NCBI RefSeq assembly: GCF_964213995.1
Contig: NC_135808.1
Span: forward strand, 25,172,001-25,236,000
DNA: 64,000 nt
Direction: 5' to 3'
Origin: Mustelus asterias
Lineage: Eukaryota
Of this stretch, positions 35,839 to 49,169 are shown one piece after another; position 1 is the stretch's first letter; each line of letters opens with the position of its first letter. A model generated the notes under the pieces. That model searched no databases, was not told where the DNA came from, and saw only the letters and a program-made list of their open reading frames with translations. Made by a program: the position numbers and the translations under genes.

Positions 35839-38184
35839 AAGAATAGATGACCTGAGGCTGTTTTTCCGTTTGAGGGGGAAAGCTAACTGGTGGTGATTTA
35901 ACCTGTGGATTATCACATCGCATGCCAGGGGCAAAGCTGAGAAGATGCGAAATTATGAACAGACTCAGCCAGATATTTTAAGAAACGTTGGAAAACATGC
36001 AAGAGCTTGAATAATGTACACATGGGCTTTCAACTGTGTACTACGTTCGTTATTGTCTGCTCCCACATCATCACTATCCCAGAAGTATCAGTTTTGTGCT
36101 TAGCCAATGACAAATTTCTCCTTTGTGATTTCAGCATATTATTTTTTCTTTCATTGCTTGTTCATATGTTACAGCCTAGGTCGTGGTAGTTCTAAATTGC
36201 GTGCTTTGCCATCTGTAAATAATACATTTAATATGAAGGGATTTTTTGCTTTTTTTTACTTCTTGGTTTGCCTTCTGTCAGAATACTTCAATGTAATTGG
36301 CCGTCTAACTTATTACATGGCACCTGGTACCAAATTAAAGTTAGTGCAGGGAAAGGGGAAATCCACGGCACAATCGTCACTGAATTCTTTGGGGTCTGCT
36401 TCCTTCGGGCTGATTCCTTCCCTAGGCCAGCATGAAAACATGCCAGTCCCGTAAATTTAGAGCAACAATATGGGCTTGAGGATGGCTGTCGGGCGTGAGG
36501 TAGCCTCCCGGGGAAAGTTCCTGCTCCTATTGGCTCCACATTATTGAATATTAAATGTTTACAATGTTAACTCTTGTTAACAGCCTCCAATTACGTCAGA
36601 GCAGTCACCAGTGATTCTCTAAAAAGACATATCAGGGCACATGATATGATTCTGAAGACTATCTTGGGAAGCTGGCAGGGATCCCAGTGAAATACCCAGA
36701 TCTTATATTCAGTGGATGTGTTTCAGACGTATTTGTGACATGGTGCATTGCTAGTGAAATAATCCCTAATTGTCCGTGTTGCACTGCAGTCAAATGTGTC
36801 CAATGAAGCACAATCTCCGTCCAAAATGTACTTTCAACGTTGCTTTTCTCATGCTCCTTTCCTTGCTGTAAGCTTGATCTCAAGTCCTGCTTCTCAGGCT
36901 CCCTTTGAATTCCACTTTTTGGGTTACTTGTGAAATATCACGCTCTCGCTTCTTCATCAATATGTTGTCAATTTGATGGCACCGGTTTTGCAGTAAGTTG
37001 ATTGAAAATTATACCGATGCGAAGGCTAAGAAAAGAGATGAGGTAAGACAGAAGAGGTACAAAACGAACAGGGTGATAGGGAGACTAAAGTGAGGGATCG
37101 GGGGTGGGGGGTCGGTGGGGTGGTGCTGTGAGAATCAAAAATTGTGAAGAGAGCAAGGCACATTTCAACTGATGTGAAACATCAGTTATGAAAAAATATT
37201 TGAAAAATTGGAACTGTTATCCCTGGAAAGAAGAAGGCTCAAACAGAGATACGATATAGGTGGTAAAAGTCATGATGTGAACTGTACAGATAGTGAGAAG
37301 TGCGGTGGTGTCAGGTTCAATCACGATATTCAAGGAGACATTAGATGATTATTTGAATATTGGCAATGTGGAGGTCTATGGGGAAAGAGGCAGGGAAATG
37401 ATGGAGCATGATGGGCCAAATGGACTCCATCTGCGCTGCAATTACAGTGTGATTCTGTGAACGGGACTGAGACAGAGAGTAGAAGTAAAAAAGGAAGAAA
37501 AGAGACCAAAGTCCTAATATCCTAGGCCCAAACATCTTCAGCTGCTTCATGAGTAATCTTCCTTACACCTTATGGTCAGAGGTGGAGATGTTCATAATGG
37601 TTGCATAAGCAGTCCATACCCAAACGCAGCAAACTGGGAAAATATCGAGTTTTGGACTGACAAGTGGTAAGTAATATTTGTGTTAGGAAAATGGCAGGAC
37701 ATGACAATCTGCAACAAGAGAAATCTAACCATCGTCAGCTGATATTCAATGGCATCACTATCGCTGGACCCACTGCTATCAACATTCTGGGAGGTTGGCA
37801 TTGAGCAGAAAGTTAACAGAGCTCGCCATCCAAATTCTATGGCTTAGAAATAAACAGGTCAAATGCTGCTAATTTATCTCTTGATTCCCAAAAGGTTGAC
37901 CGACTCCTACAGAACACAAGTTGGGCTATTATGGAAGACTCACCATTTATGAGTGAAGGCCCAAAATAAGCTCGGAACCATCGGGACTCAGCAGCCAACT
38001 TGAGTGGCACCACATCCATCAGTTCAAGCATACTCCATTCACCACAACTCATAGTGGCAGCTGTGTACCATCTACAAGATGCACTGCAGGTACTTCCCAA
38101 AGGCTCCTTAAATTGCCGCTGTCAAAGCCCTGTCCGCTACCATCTCGCAGGGCAACGTCAGCAGAGGTGTGCTAACACCACCAT

Positions 38185-38482
38185 GGGCGGCCCAGTGGCA
38201 CAATGGTTAGCATTGCTGCCTCACAGCGCCAGGCACCTGGGTTGGATTCCTGGCTTGGGTCACTGTCTGTGTGGAGTATGCACATTCTCCCTGTTCCTGC
38301 GTGGGTTTCTTCCAGGTGCTCCGATTTAGTCCCACAGTCCAAAGACGTGTTGGTTAGGTGCATTGACCGCGCTAAATTCTCCCTCAGTGTAGCCAAACAG
38401 GTGCCGGAGTGTGGCGACTAGGGGATTTTCACAGTAACTTCATTGCAGTGGGAATGTAAGCCTACGTCTGACCAATAAATAA
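38185..38482 (+). mobile_element. V-type SINE (L2-like tail variant)
   Basis: Same head and tail as the SINE at 8794-9078. Confidence 0.85.
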
Positions 38483-39000
38483 AGAGTAAATCTGGAGGTC
38501 CCCTCCAAGTCGGACAGCATCCTGATATCGACGCTCCATGACTGTCGCTGGGTGATAATCCAGAAGGATCTTCCATAACAGTACTGTGGGTGGACCTACA
38601 CCACACGGACTGCAGAAAAACGTAGGTTCCCACCACGGTCTCAATGAATTACAAAGGTTCGAGTCTTGTCATTGAAAGATGACCGAAGCTCTTATTTAGG
38701 CACGTATTCATCAGCAAATTAAGATTAAGGAAATATACAAGGGACTGGCAAGTTGCCAGGACGCTCTGATCAATTTACACCACTGTTCCCTTTGCCTCAA
38801 ACAATGAGCATCTCGCCCTCCACCCCTCTATTAGAGGTACTTGTTTTGCACTTCAAATACGAAATACACTCAAGGGCAAAAGTTACAATTCATAATAAGC
38901 ACCCTTTTAACAATGCAAATCTCCAGAAAGAATTTCCAAGCTAGAGGATTGAGACTTAATATTTTAGGTTATTCCTTGTCATTCCAAAGGTTGGTTGGTC

Positions 39001-39603
39001 AAAACGTACCCTCGTTTCATATCTATTTTTATATTATGTCGCAATGACATGGTGCCATTTGTTACCATGATAATTTCTGGCCACATGTGCTATCATTTTA
39101 AATTGAATCTAATTCAATGCTTTGAAGAGGTATTTGTTTAGCCCACATTGCATGATCTGTGCTATAGCCAGCTTAAGCTATCGGCAATGTGGTTATTTTA
39201 ATTGATAAGCATAATGCTGATTTGATGCGATAAATGTTGTGATTAGGGAACATTTTACATCGGTTGTACGACACAGGGAGTAGGTCATTCAGCCTAACCA
39301 GTCCACGTCCATGTTCCGCTCGCGTCTATATAAATATTATATATATATTATATATATATAATCACAACATTTATCGCATGAAATCAGCATTGTGCTTATC
39401 AATTAAAATAACCACATTGCCGATAGCTTAAGCTGGCTATAGCACAGATAATGCAATGTGGTCTAAACAAATACCTCTTCAAAGCATTGAATTAGATTCA
39501 ACTTAAAATGATAGCACATGTGGCCAGAAATTATCATGGTAACAAATAGCACCATGTCATTGCTACATAATATAAAAATAGATATGAAACCAGGGTACGT
39601 TTT
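39001..39603. repeat. Inverted duplication with 245-bp arms (39001-39245 and 39359-39603)
   Basis: Arms are reverse complements with about 8 mismatches counted by eye and a 113-bp spacer. The right arm is bounded by (TA)n on both sides. Confidence 0.93.
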
Positions 39604-40165
39604 ATATATATATATATATATATATTTAAATTTATATAAATTTCTACGATGTGGGTATCGCTGGATATGCTTGTATTTATTGCCCAAATCTCATTGCCCT
39701 TGAGAAGATGCATTCTTGAACCGGTGCAGTCCCTGTGATGTAGGTGCACCCACGATGCTGTTGGGGAGGGAGTTCCTGGATTTTCACTCAACGACAGTGA
39801 AGGACCCGTGATATTTTTCCAAGTCAAGATGGTCAGTGACTTAGAGGGGCGCTAGCAGGTGGTGTTGTTCCCGTGTGTCTTTAACTCTTGTCCTTCGAGA
39901 TGTTCGAGGTTTGGAAGCTGCTGCCGCAGGAGCCTTGATGAGTTCCTGCAATGCATATTCTGGATGGGAAATCTCTCCCATTCACCTCAACTCGCAGCTG
40001 TGTGTTCCACCTTGCAAACACTCTGTTCTTTTTGAATTTCTTATTGGATATGTTGCTTGATTTTTACGTCGATGCCTTGAATGCGTTTCCGTCCATGAAA
40101 TTAAACATTCACTCTGTATCTGCCCAATGACAACATTTAAGCATTTTATTTTTTCTATTAATTTC

Positions 40166-40480
40166 GGTGGCACGGTGGCACAGTGGCACAATGGTTAGTA
40201 CTGCACTGCTCTCTCACAGAGCCAGGGATCTGCGTTCGATTCCTAGCTGAGGTCAGTGTCTGTGCTGAGGTTGCACGTTCTCCTCGTGTCTGCGTGCTTT
40301 TCCTCCGGGTGCTATAGTTCTCTCCCACAGCCCAAAATATGTGCTGGTGAGGTGTATTGGCCATGCTAATTTCTCCTTCAGTGTACCCAAAAGGCAGCGG
40401 AGTGTGGTGACTAGGGGATTTTCACAGCGACTTCATTGCAGTGTTAATGTAAGCCTACTTGTGACACGGATAAGAAAACT
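40166..40480 (+). mobile_element. V-type SINE (L2-like tail variant)
   Basis: GGTGGCACGGTGGCACAGTGGCACAATGGTTAG...GGATTTTCACAGCGACTTCATTGCAGTG. Confidence 0.8.
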
Positions 40481-41152
40481 TTAAAGAGAAAAGAAGAGAA
40501 AAACGTTTTTCAATGCATTGCTGGTATGTGCAATATCTGGCAATATCAACATTAGACAGTTCAGTTCCTCTATCAACTTCCATTTTAAAAAATATGGCAG
40601 CCAGAATCGTCAGTCGCGCTCTGCATGGAGTCAACCTAACGTTCAACGCAAGTTTACCATTACTTCTCCAATTTTAAATTCATTTCCCAAGAAATAAATC
40701 CTAGCGCTTGATTTGCGTTTTTACAACCTTGCTCACCCGTGGTGCATTGGTTGCTGATGTGTGTGTGTTTGCATACTGGTAATGTGAGTGTTTCTACTTC
40801 GAGATCCCTTTGATATCTCAATAACTTCAGAGTGAAACCGATAAGTTCCATTGTCGCCTGATATATATTTCCCTCGTTGTATTTCTTTCTCAAATGAAAT
40901 TTCGTGACAATTATGAACCTACCTCGAGATCCCTCCGCCTTCTGGACTGTTAAGTTCAAATAAATTAGGGCACTCTATTTATTTAAGTCCAACTAACAAC
41001 TGCCATGCCACATTTTTCTATTTCTATTGCCAGTTATTTATCTATAGTGCAAGATTTTGAATGCCCTCCCATGATTCATTTCAGTCCACCTCAGTGTAGA
41101 ATATTGCGAACACTTCATCTTAATGCTTTCCTCACACACCCCTCACCCTGGT

Positions 41153-41194
41153 CCACCCACACACCCACACCCACACACACACATACACACACAC
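41153..41194. repeat. (CA)n-like microsatellite just downstream of the GPR139-like B stop codon
   Basis: CCACCCACACACCCACACCCACACACACACATACACACACAC. Confidence 0.75.
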
Positions 41195-41276
41195 ATTCGA
41201 AGTGGGCATGGCTGCTGTAACAAAAAAAGAAGAGACAGAATTTACTGTTAATTTTCGAAATGCTCAGTTCTTCTAA

Positions 41277-42175
41277 TCATTTAATGAATGTAAGAAGTTG
41301 AGTGACAGTACAGTTCACCAGATTCTTCAACCTCTCTCTGAACTTGTTCTGAGTCAGGGCATGAATACAAATATGCGTGCAACAACTTAGGAGCTGCAAC
41401 ATGAACCCTATTTCCTGTACACAGTAAGGCATCAATACAGACTCATAGCCAAAGAACCACACACGAACCCCTATAGAGTAGACAACATATGTTGACCATA
41501 ACAAGATGAAATTCCAAGAGAAAACAAAGAATAAAGTAATGGATTTCCTTCGACTCTCCATCTCTGGGTTCCCGGGAAGCTCCCCATTGTTGCAAACATG
41601 GAGTCTTCTCTGCGCTCTGCTGGCCAAAAAAATATGTCCAACCGTGAAAGCATTGAGCAGCAGGATTAGAAGAAATGGGATTCCCGGACTGAGAATGTAG
41701 TGAAGAAATTCGACGAGTGACCAGACCCCTGGTTCGATAATAGTGCTGGGTACGGAACAAAGCCAGCTGGCGTTCCACAGCCAAAAAGGAACTGTAAGCA
41801 TAAAATACGACATGATGCCCTTTAGACAGCTCAGTGCTGTCACAGTACCAAGAGCAAAAATTGCAGTTTTCTCTGTGCAATACCTAATTTTCAGCTTCTG
41901 ACAAGTAATTGCCACAAATCGATCAAAGGTGAAAGTGACGGTGAAACAGACAGAACAGTCTCTGGCGACATGGAGCAGAATTACGTGAACATTGCACATG
42001 GGGATGACATGCACGACAAGTAAATGCTTCTGATCAATAATCGGAATGTGTCTTATTATCATGTTGGTAATAACAAACAGTATATCCACCGCTGCCATGG
42101 CCACCAGATAACGTGTAACGCATTTGGAGAGTCTACACTTTCCCCGAGACAGGATCACGATTGTCACTATGTTAA
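41277..42175 (-). CDS. GPR139-like orphan GPCR copy B, coding exon 2 (333 aa spliced)
   Basis: Acceptor tatctctttctcgtag|TT AAC ATA. 899-nt open frame, the same length as copy A, with TFTFDRFVAI. Confidence 0.9.
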
Positions 42176-42304
42176 CTACGAGAAAGAGATACAAAGAGGG
42201 ACATTATATATCAGGCTTGGTGCAGCGTTAACAGTTAGACTCTTCACTTATTGAGATATGAAAATATTTGAAAACCTCCAGTAGCATATTAATCTGTTTC
42301 TACT

Positions 42305-42682
42305 CTGATTTGATTTGATTAGATTATTATTGTCACATGTATTAACAAACAGCGAAAAATAATGTTTCTTGCGCTATACAGACAACACATACCGTTCATA
42401 GGGAAGGAAACGAGAGAGTGTAGATTGTAGTGTGACGGTCATGGCTGGAGGGTAGAGAAAGATCAACTTAATGCAAAGTAAGTCCATTCAAAAGTTTGAC
42501 AGCAGCAAGGAAGAAGCTGTTCTTGAGTGGGTTGGTATGTGACCTCAGACTTTTGTATATTTTTCCCAAAGGAAGAAGGTGGAAAAAAAATGTCCGGGGT
42601 GCGTGGGGTCCTTAATTTTGCTGGCTGTTTTGCCGAGGCAGCGGGAAGTGTCGACAGAGTTAATGGACGGGAGGCTGGTGAC
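42305..42682 (-). mobile_element. Rex1/Babar LINE 3' end in the intron of GPR139-like B
   Basis: Highly similar to 30258-30625. Confidence 0.8.
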
Positions 42683-42899
42683 TCTGGTGTCTCATTCAGT
42701 GTCCAAAAGACTCATTCGTCCTCGTCGACATCGAAGGTGAATGCTTCCACAGACGATTCGTCGGCAAGCTACAGAAACTGTCAGGACTGGAGGCCCAATG
42801 ACTATTGTGACTATTATGATTAGTGCCCATTAGCTGTGCAGAGAGACGACCAACTCCAAACATACATGGACGGTCGATACGGTGCTGTGTCATGCTGTC

Positions 42900-43870
42900 G
42901 CTTCCTCAAACTCAAGAAAGCTTCTAGCAACATATTTCAGCCTTTCTATTCTGGTTATTTCTCATGGTTTCACTGACCTATGCTTTTCCTGCCGACACAG
43001 AAGAAGTGCAGCTCCACACTCAATCAGGCGAGAAAACCCTAAACCAATCAAGAGTGAAATTCAACGCAACAATGTGGCATATCCTGATCAGGGAATGTCT
43101 TCACACTGTAGATGTTCCACTGGTTAACCACTCATGCCATCAGCTCCAAAGGTTGATTAATCATTTATACCATTTTCACGTTCTGTTCACACTCAACATC
43201 AGAGTCCATAATTCTGCAGCTATGGGGTTCAATGCTGTCTCTCCTCCATGTGATCAAACTCAAAGCACAGTACTTAAAACAGTCAGAGTATTCTGCTTTC
43301 TTGGATTTGTGGTTACTGAAAACCAGTTGCCTAACGATGAGCTCAGCAAAAGCATTGAAAAGGCAGAAGCCAACTTTGGTCGGCTAACAAAAGAGGCACA
43401 AAAATAAACAGACTCTGACATACAGAATCAAAATGTTATTTTTTTCACAAGACCTGTACCCGCACGTCATTGTTATGTCGCTTTCAGGCATGTCCAGTTT
43501 ACAGCTACTAAGAATAAAGACTCCATACTTACTATATGCCAATCTATGCCTTATCGTTGACATCACGTCAGAAGACAAGCACGTCAATAAAGTCCATTCT
43601 CAGGCAAATATCAGACGTTTGTTGTCACAAACCATGCTAAGAAGGATATGCAGTGGGCATGTGCACAGGTTAGAAGGTTTTCACATCCCTGAGGATATGC
43701 TAGATAGGGTGAAAGCATATGCCTTCTTTACAGAGGGGGCAACTATCTCCAATTGAAGGATACTTTCAAAAAGACACGGAAGTCCTCAACATGCAAGACA
43801 AGAAGAGGGAATATCTAGCTGAAGATTGATGCAAATAGAGACATCAGCTGTGGTCAGACATTTGCCATTT
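42900..43870 (+). mobile_element. Ancient RTE-clade LINE RT fossil in the intron of GPR139-like B
   Basis: LIRECLHTVDVPLVNHSCHQLQRLINH...FCFLGFVVTENQLPNDELSKSIEKAEANFGRLTK and SGHVHRLEGFHIPEDML. Confidence 0.7.
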
Positions 43871-45478
43871 GGCAGCATGTGGTTTTAGAATCTCCAAAGC
43901 AGCCATCAGACCTGAAAAGTAGGCATCAGCAGAGGTAACCCCGCAAAAAATGGCAAGTAAGTCATCAGTGACATTTGAGGCAGACTTCCGTTTCCAGAAG
44001 CTGCTCCCTTTCTCATTCATCAAACTGCAGGGGGAGGGCAGGTACTGGAGTAGTGGCATTGTCACTGAACTAGAAACCAGAGAATCAGAACATTTCTCTA
44101 GGGAAACTGGCACGAATCATACCACAGTAGAAGTTGCAATTAAAATTCAATAGAAAATCTGGAATGAAGAGTCCGATGATGACTGTGAAGCCATTTCTAC
44201 TGTCTTTAAAACCCATCTGGTTCACTAATGGCCGGTTATGTACGGGAATCTTCTGCTCTTATCTGGTCTCAGTTATGTGTGACACTAGGCACAGGACAAT
44301 GTGCTTGACAGTTAAATGCATGTTTAATGGTCCAAGAAACAACTCAGGTAAAGGGCAATTAGGGATGTGCAAAACAATTCTGGCCCAGGCAGCGACAGTC
44401 ACTTGCCACAGAAGAATTAAAAAAGAAGACAATATTAACTGTTGTGCAGACACACTATCATCCAGAAGGACGAGAGAACAGACACATGGAAACACCACTC
44501 TCCACCCAGGCACCACTGTGCATGTACATACTTCACATGTATAGCGTTGGTTTAGAAATTCAGTCAACTTCCACTTTCACAAGGGCTATTAGTAATGTGA
44601 AATAAATGCAGACCTTGCCAGTGTCATCCACATACCACAAATGGATATTTTTAAAAAATGGTTTCATCTGACCTAACCAACTGAAATCCCATCCTTCACT
44701 GATGCAGGGATGTAAACCCAAGGTTAATTTTCAACTGTACCCGTGGCTGTGTTATCTGCTGGCGCCGTAACTATCATTAAACAGAGACAATCATTCAATA
44801 GAAATTGATGTTTGGGATGAAATAACGCATGCAGAAGCACGTTATATTTGGAACTGATAAAGGCTGTTGAGGATACAATCCTCCATGTTCCAGTTAGAGG
44901 GTTGGAGAGTTGCAAAAAAAAAAAAAAATGGATGATGAGTAAGATGTACAGTTAAAGGGAGAAGAAAATGCTGTAAAAGTATCCACAGCAATGATATACT
45001 GAGAACCTTCGCTGTGATAAGCAACATAATTTATTAAATTATAATCTGTGGCATTGTTATCTTCAGGAGGTAGTGGCTAATATTCGATGACAACAATCAT
45101 CAAATGGGAAACATCCAGAGGACTGTTGTTTAAACCATTAGAGGAAACAGGGTTCAATATTTCTCTGTGATTTGCCAGAACACACAGGTTTCTGTCACTT
45201 AGCATCTGTATATCTATCTGCAACAATCGATATCGAATTCCTAATCTGCGTCGAAAATTCGGAAGTTAATGTATCCTTCATAAAAATACATCAGGTGGGT
45301 GAAATGGTAACAGTGGGGATGTTTGAATCACTGAGATCAGAACGAATGGACTGCTTTATAACAATCAAATGCAACTAAAACAACGTTCCCGAACAAATGG
45401 AGTTCATTAAATAAATGATAAAGCAGCAATCCAGTTCGTTACAGTTTATAGAATTAATACCTGGAATTAGACACTTAC

Positions 45479-45581
45479 GTGGAGCACCAATAGCAGCAAG
45501 GAGAGGATAGTAAGTCTTTTCCAAGTCAATGATGAACTTAATTATCTTCCATTGGTCCATTGCTGTGAAGTCACTAATCAT
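45479..45581 (-). CDS. GPR139-like orphan GPCR copy B, coding exon 1
   Basis: 103 nt encoding MISDFTAMDQWKIIKFIIDLEKTYYPLLAAIGAP plus 1 nt, donor C|GTAAGT at 45473-45478. Same length and phase as copy A. Confidence 0.88.
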
Positions 45582-46859
45582 TATACATTTCAGAGGTGAT
45601 GCACCCGCTGACTGGAAGAGATATAGCACATTGAATGCTGTGCCTTATTAATATCAGAACAGAGTCCTCCAGGGACACAGATTAGTTCCATGGAGGGTGA
45701 TATTAAGTATAGTGACTGAACAAACAGATTCAATTAACCCCCTTCAATCCAAGGTCTGTGTTTGTGCAGCATATACTTGATCAGATTTGTGCCATGTAAA
45801 TCTTACAATGTCTGTCCCTCTACTGAGCAAAGCGCACCCGGTATCCAAATCAGTCGTCATTCTCAGATATCTGTCTCATGACATTGCATCATGCTTGGCG
45901 CCCAACTTTCTGTTACGCAGTCCTGGTCGGGCCCAGGAAACGTGGTCCCTGCCACATTTCATGCAGTTGAAGACACGACCGGGCGGAACATTCTAACCTC
46001 AATTTGCTCTTCGCCCTATTCACAGCTAGTTGAGACTTCCATTTATGTTCCCATGCCGCAACGTCTCTTTAAACAGTTAGCCTCCAGTTCCCATAGTAGT
46101 CAATGATTCTCTCCCAGTTGTCTGTCAATGTCCTCCATATCCATGTTCCATTTGCAGGTGCCCCATTAATGTCGGTTTGGGTGTTCATCGGGTTGTGAGA
46201 CAGTGAAAAATTCACTGTCCTGAAAGTATTTAGATATGTCATTTCTTTATGGCATTTCTTCAGCAGGGATCTTCTTGCACAGATCATGTCAATTATCTTC
46301 CATTTCACAAACTGCCCCGAAAATCCATGTGGATGCTCTGAGTCAATTCCTACAGTCTGACGAGTGTGACGTGGACAAATATCTGTTCCAGATGTTCAAC
46401 AAGGAGACTCATTGACCCTTGCAGCAATCACCACAACTGCGCTTATTCTGCGACCCGGTCTCAATGTTTGGGCAAGATTTTCCGATATTTCCGCGAAGTG
46501 TGAAGGCGGACGGAGAAACTGGATTGTTGCTGAATGGTAGTGCTGGCGGGTTTGCCGACATTTCTTTGCTCTCGCTTCTCCGCATGTTTCGCGATGGCGG
46601 CGTGATCTTATGACCTTGCCGTTTTTAACGGGGTGCTCCATTGAATGGATCCATAGCCGCTGGGAAACGTGGGTTATGCCTTCGGCGGGACCGAAGAATT
46701 CCACCGGAGTGAACGGCAGCAGGATTTTGGTGTTACACAGGAAATCTTGGGTTTTATCAGCGACAGACAGAATCTGATTACGTTGAGGCTGATTGCTTCA
46801 GTTACTGGGGGTCTCCACTCATATGCCTTCTCAGCACCTGTACAAGCTCCAACTTAGAG

Positions 46860-47555
46860 AGGAAAAAACTATGGATCCTGCTGGAAAGGCGGGATAATAG
46901 GGTGGTGAAAAAAGGCATATGGCACACTCGCCTTTATCAATCGAGATATAGATTACAAAGGCAGAGAGGTCATGATGGAGAAGTATAGATCTCTCGTGAA
47001 GCCACAGCTTGAGTATTGTGTGCAGTTCTCGTCGCCACATTAGAGGAAGAATGTGTTCGACTGGAAGGGGTGCAGAAGAGATTCACTAGAATATTGCCGG
47101 GGTTGGAATAGTTAAGTTATAAAGAGAGGTTGGATGGGCTTCTACTGTTTTTTCTGGAGCAGAGAAGACAGGTGGGCGACCGGATTGATCTGTTCAAGAT
47201 TATGAGGGGCATTGACAGGCTGGATAGGGAGCAGCTGTTCCCCGTAGTTGAAGGGTCAGTTACGAGGGAACAGCAGTTAAAAGTGACGTGTGTTAGGTTT
47301 ATGGGGGATTTGAGGAAAAAACTTTTTTCCGAGATGGTGGTGAAGGCCTGGAATGCACCGTCTGGGAGGCTGGTGGAGGAGTGATGCCTCACACCCTATA
47401 AAAAAGTACCTAGCTAAGTACTGGGCACGGCATAATATTCAGGGGTGTGGGCCAAGTGCTGGCAAGTGGGTTTAGGTGGGCAGGTCAGGACCTTTCATGC
47501 ATCGCTGAGGACAAGGTGGGTCGAAGGGTCTTTTCTGCACTGTAGTAATCTGTGA
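46860..47555 (+). mobile_element. CR1 3' fragment
   Basis: QLEYCVQFSSPH and FFLEQRRQVGDRIDLFKIMRGIDRLD. Confidence 0.8.
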
Positions 47556-47580
47556 TTCTTTACGCTCCGATCCAGAGAAT

Positions 47581-47920
47581 GGGCGGCATGGTAGCACAGT
47601 GGTTAGCACTGCTGCTTCACAGCTCCAGGGTCCCGGGTTCGATTCTCGGCTCGGGTCACTGTCTGTGTGGAGTTTGCACATTCTCCTCGTGTCTGCGTGG
47701 GTTTCCTCCGGGTGCTCCGGTTTCCTCCCACAGTCCAAAGATGTGCGGGTTAGGTTGATTGGCCAGGTTAAAAATTGCCCCTTAGAGTCTTGGGATGCAT
47801 AGGTTAGAGGGATTAGCGGGTAAATATGTGGGGGTAGGGCCTGGGTGGGATGGTGGTCGGTGCAGACTCGATGGGCCAAATGGCCTCCTTCTGCACTGTA
47901 GGGTTTCTATGATTTCTCTA
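47581..47920 (+). mobile_element. HE1-type SINE, full length
   Basis: Near-identical to 35489-35838. Confidence 0.9.
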
Positions 47921-48524
47921 TGAGAGGAGACCCTCCAAGAAGGTCACCAACCCACCATGAACGCCGTTGGCTGCACGTGATAACTGCCAACTCCCTGCAC
48001 AGTTGGAAGAGAGCGCAGTACAGGAACAGAAAGAGTGATATCCTCTGCTCAGCTAGGGTAAATCACTCTTATCATAATTATCTGTTCACCCACTCAGGTC
48101 TGCCGCATGACCTGCTTACACGCTCCCCATTTTCCCCCCTTGTTGGAAATGCTCTCTCACATTTGAAGGAGAGGCCAAAATCGGGCGGACAAATGTTCGA
48201 GTTGAAATTCCTAATGGAATTTGAGGAGAGAGCTGTCCTGCTTTCCGGGGAATGAGAGGACTGCGACTGCATTGTGTGGTGTTGTTAGGCAATTGCTAAA
48301 CGGGGAACACGTATGAAAGGAGTAGCCACCTTTCCCAATGAAATATCACGATTTTTTTCGATATTTGTGCCGGCCTGATCTCAATAGATCTCTCCATGGA
48401 TGTGCGACCTGTGCTCCCCCGCTGCTTTCCTCTGAGCCACGTGGGAGGAAACACGTTTGAATTCACTGTTCTCATCATTATCTGCTCACCCACTCTCACA
48501 CTTAGGCCCCAATTATTACCCTGC

Positions 48525-48730
48525 TAATTTCCATGACACTAAGGAACAATTAGCATGGCCAATCAAACTAACTCGCATATCTTTGGACTGTCGGAGGAAA
48601 GTGGAGCACGCAGAGGAAACCCACGAGTTCACGGGGAGAACGTTCAGACTCCACAAAGACAGTGGCCCGAGGCTGGAACTGAGCCCGGATCCCCGGCGTG
48701 GTGGGCAGCACTGCTATACACCTTGCCGTC
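48525..48730 (-). mobile_element. Degenerate V-type SINE
   Basis: Reverse-complement V-domain (GGAAAGTGGAGCACGCAGAGGAAACCCACG...GAGAACGTTCAGACTCCACA). Confidence 0.6.
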
Positions 48731-49169
48731 TGGGGTCCAGTGCTTAGCAATCAGTTCTTTTTCGCATGGAAGCAGGTCACATTGCTTCAGTCCTGGCCCC
48801 GTGGATAAAATACAACACTGCCGACTATCGAGAGTGCACGGACTATAAAACGGCTCAGATTAACCAATGTTCAGCACGGAAGAAGAGATAACTGAATACT
48901 TAGAGAGCTGAGGGCATAAGCCCAGTGGTGGAAAAATTATCAGACATCATCCTGAAAGATTCTGTACTTTACCGTTCAGAGAAACTAGATAAGTAAAATG
49001 CGTCATCGTATCATGGAATCCCTACATTTCAGAAGAGACCATTCAGCCCATCGAGTTTGCACCAACTCTCTGAGAAAGCATGTTACCCAAGCCTTATTCC
49101 CCGCCCTATTACTGTAAACCCATACATTTAGCATGGCTAATCGATTAAACTACACATCTTGGCACCCGA

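Noticed and set aside
35506-35850. Recurrent MVSTAASQLQGPGFDSRLG ORFs as a small-protein family, or the SINE heads as tRNA genes
   Set aside because: These are translations and heads of HE1-type SINE copies; no complete tRNA cloverleaf was seen.
42176-42194. Single-exon models of the GPR139-like genes (ORF-track starts at 10644, 42194, 59583)
   Set aside because: They use GTG or intronic starts and lack half of TM1. Consensus donor and acceptor sites give a phase-compatible two-exon model in both A and B.
46465-46735. CpG-rich patch upstream of GPR139-like B as a CpG-island promoter
   Set aside because: Absent upstream of copy A and resembles a short non-autonomous DNA-transposon relic; too weak to call.
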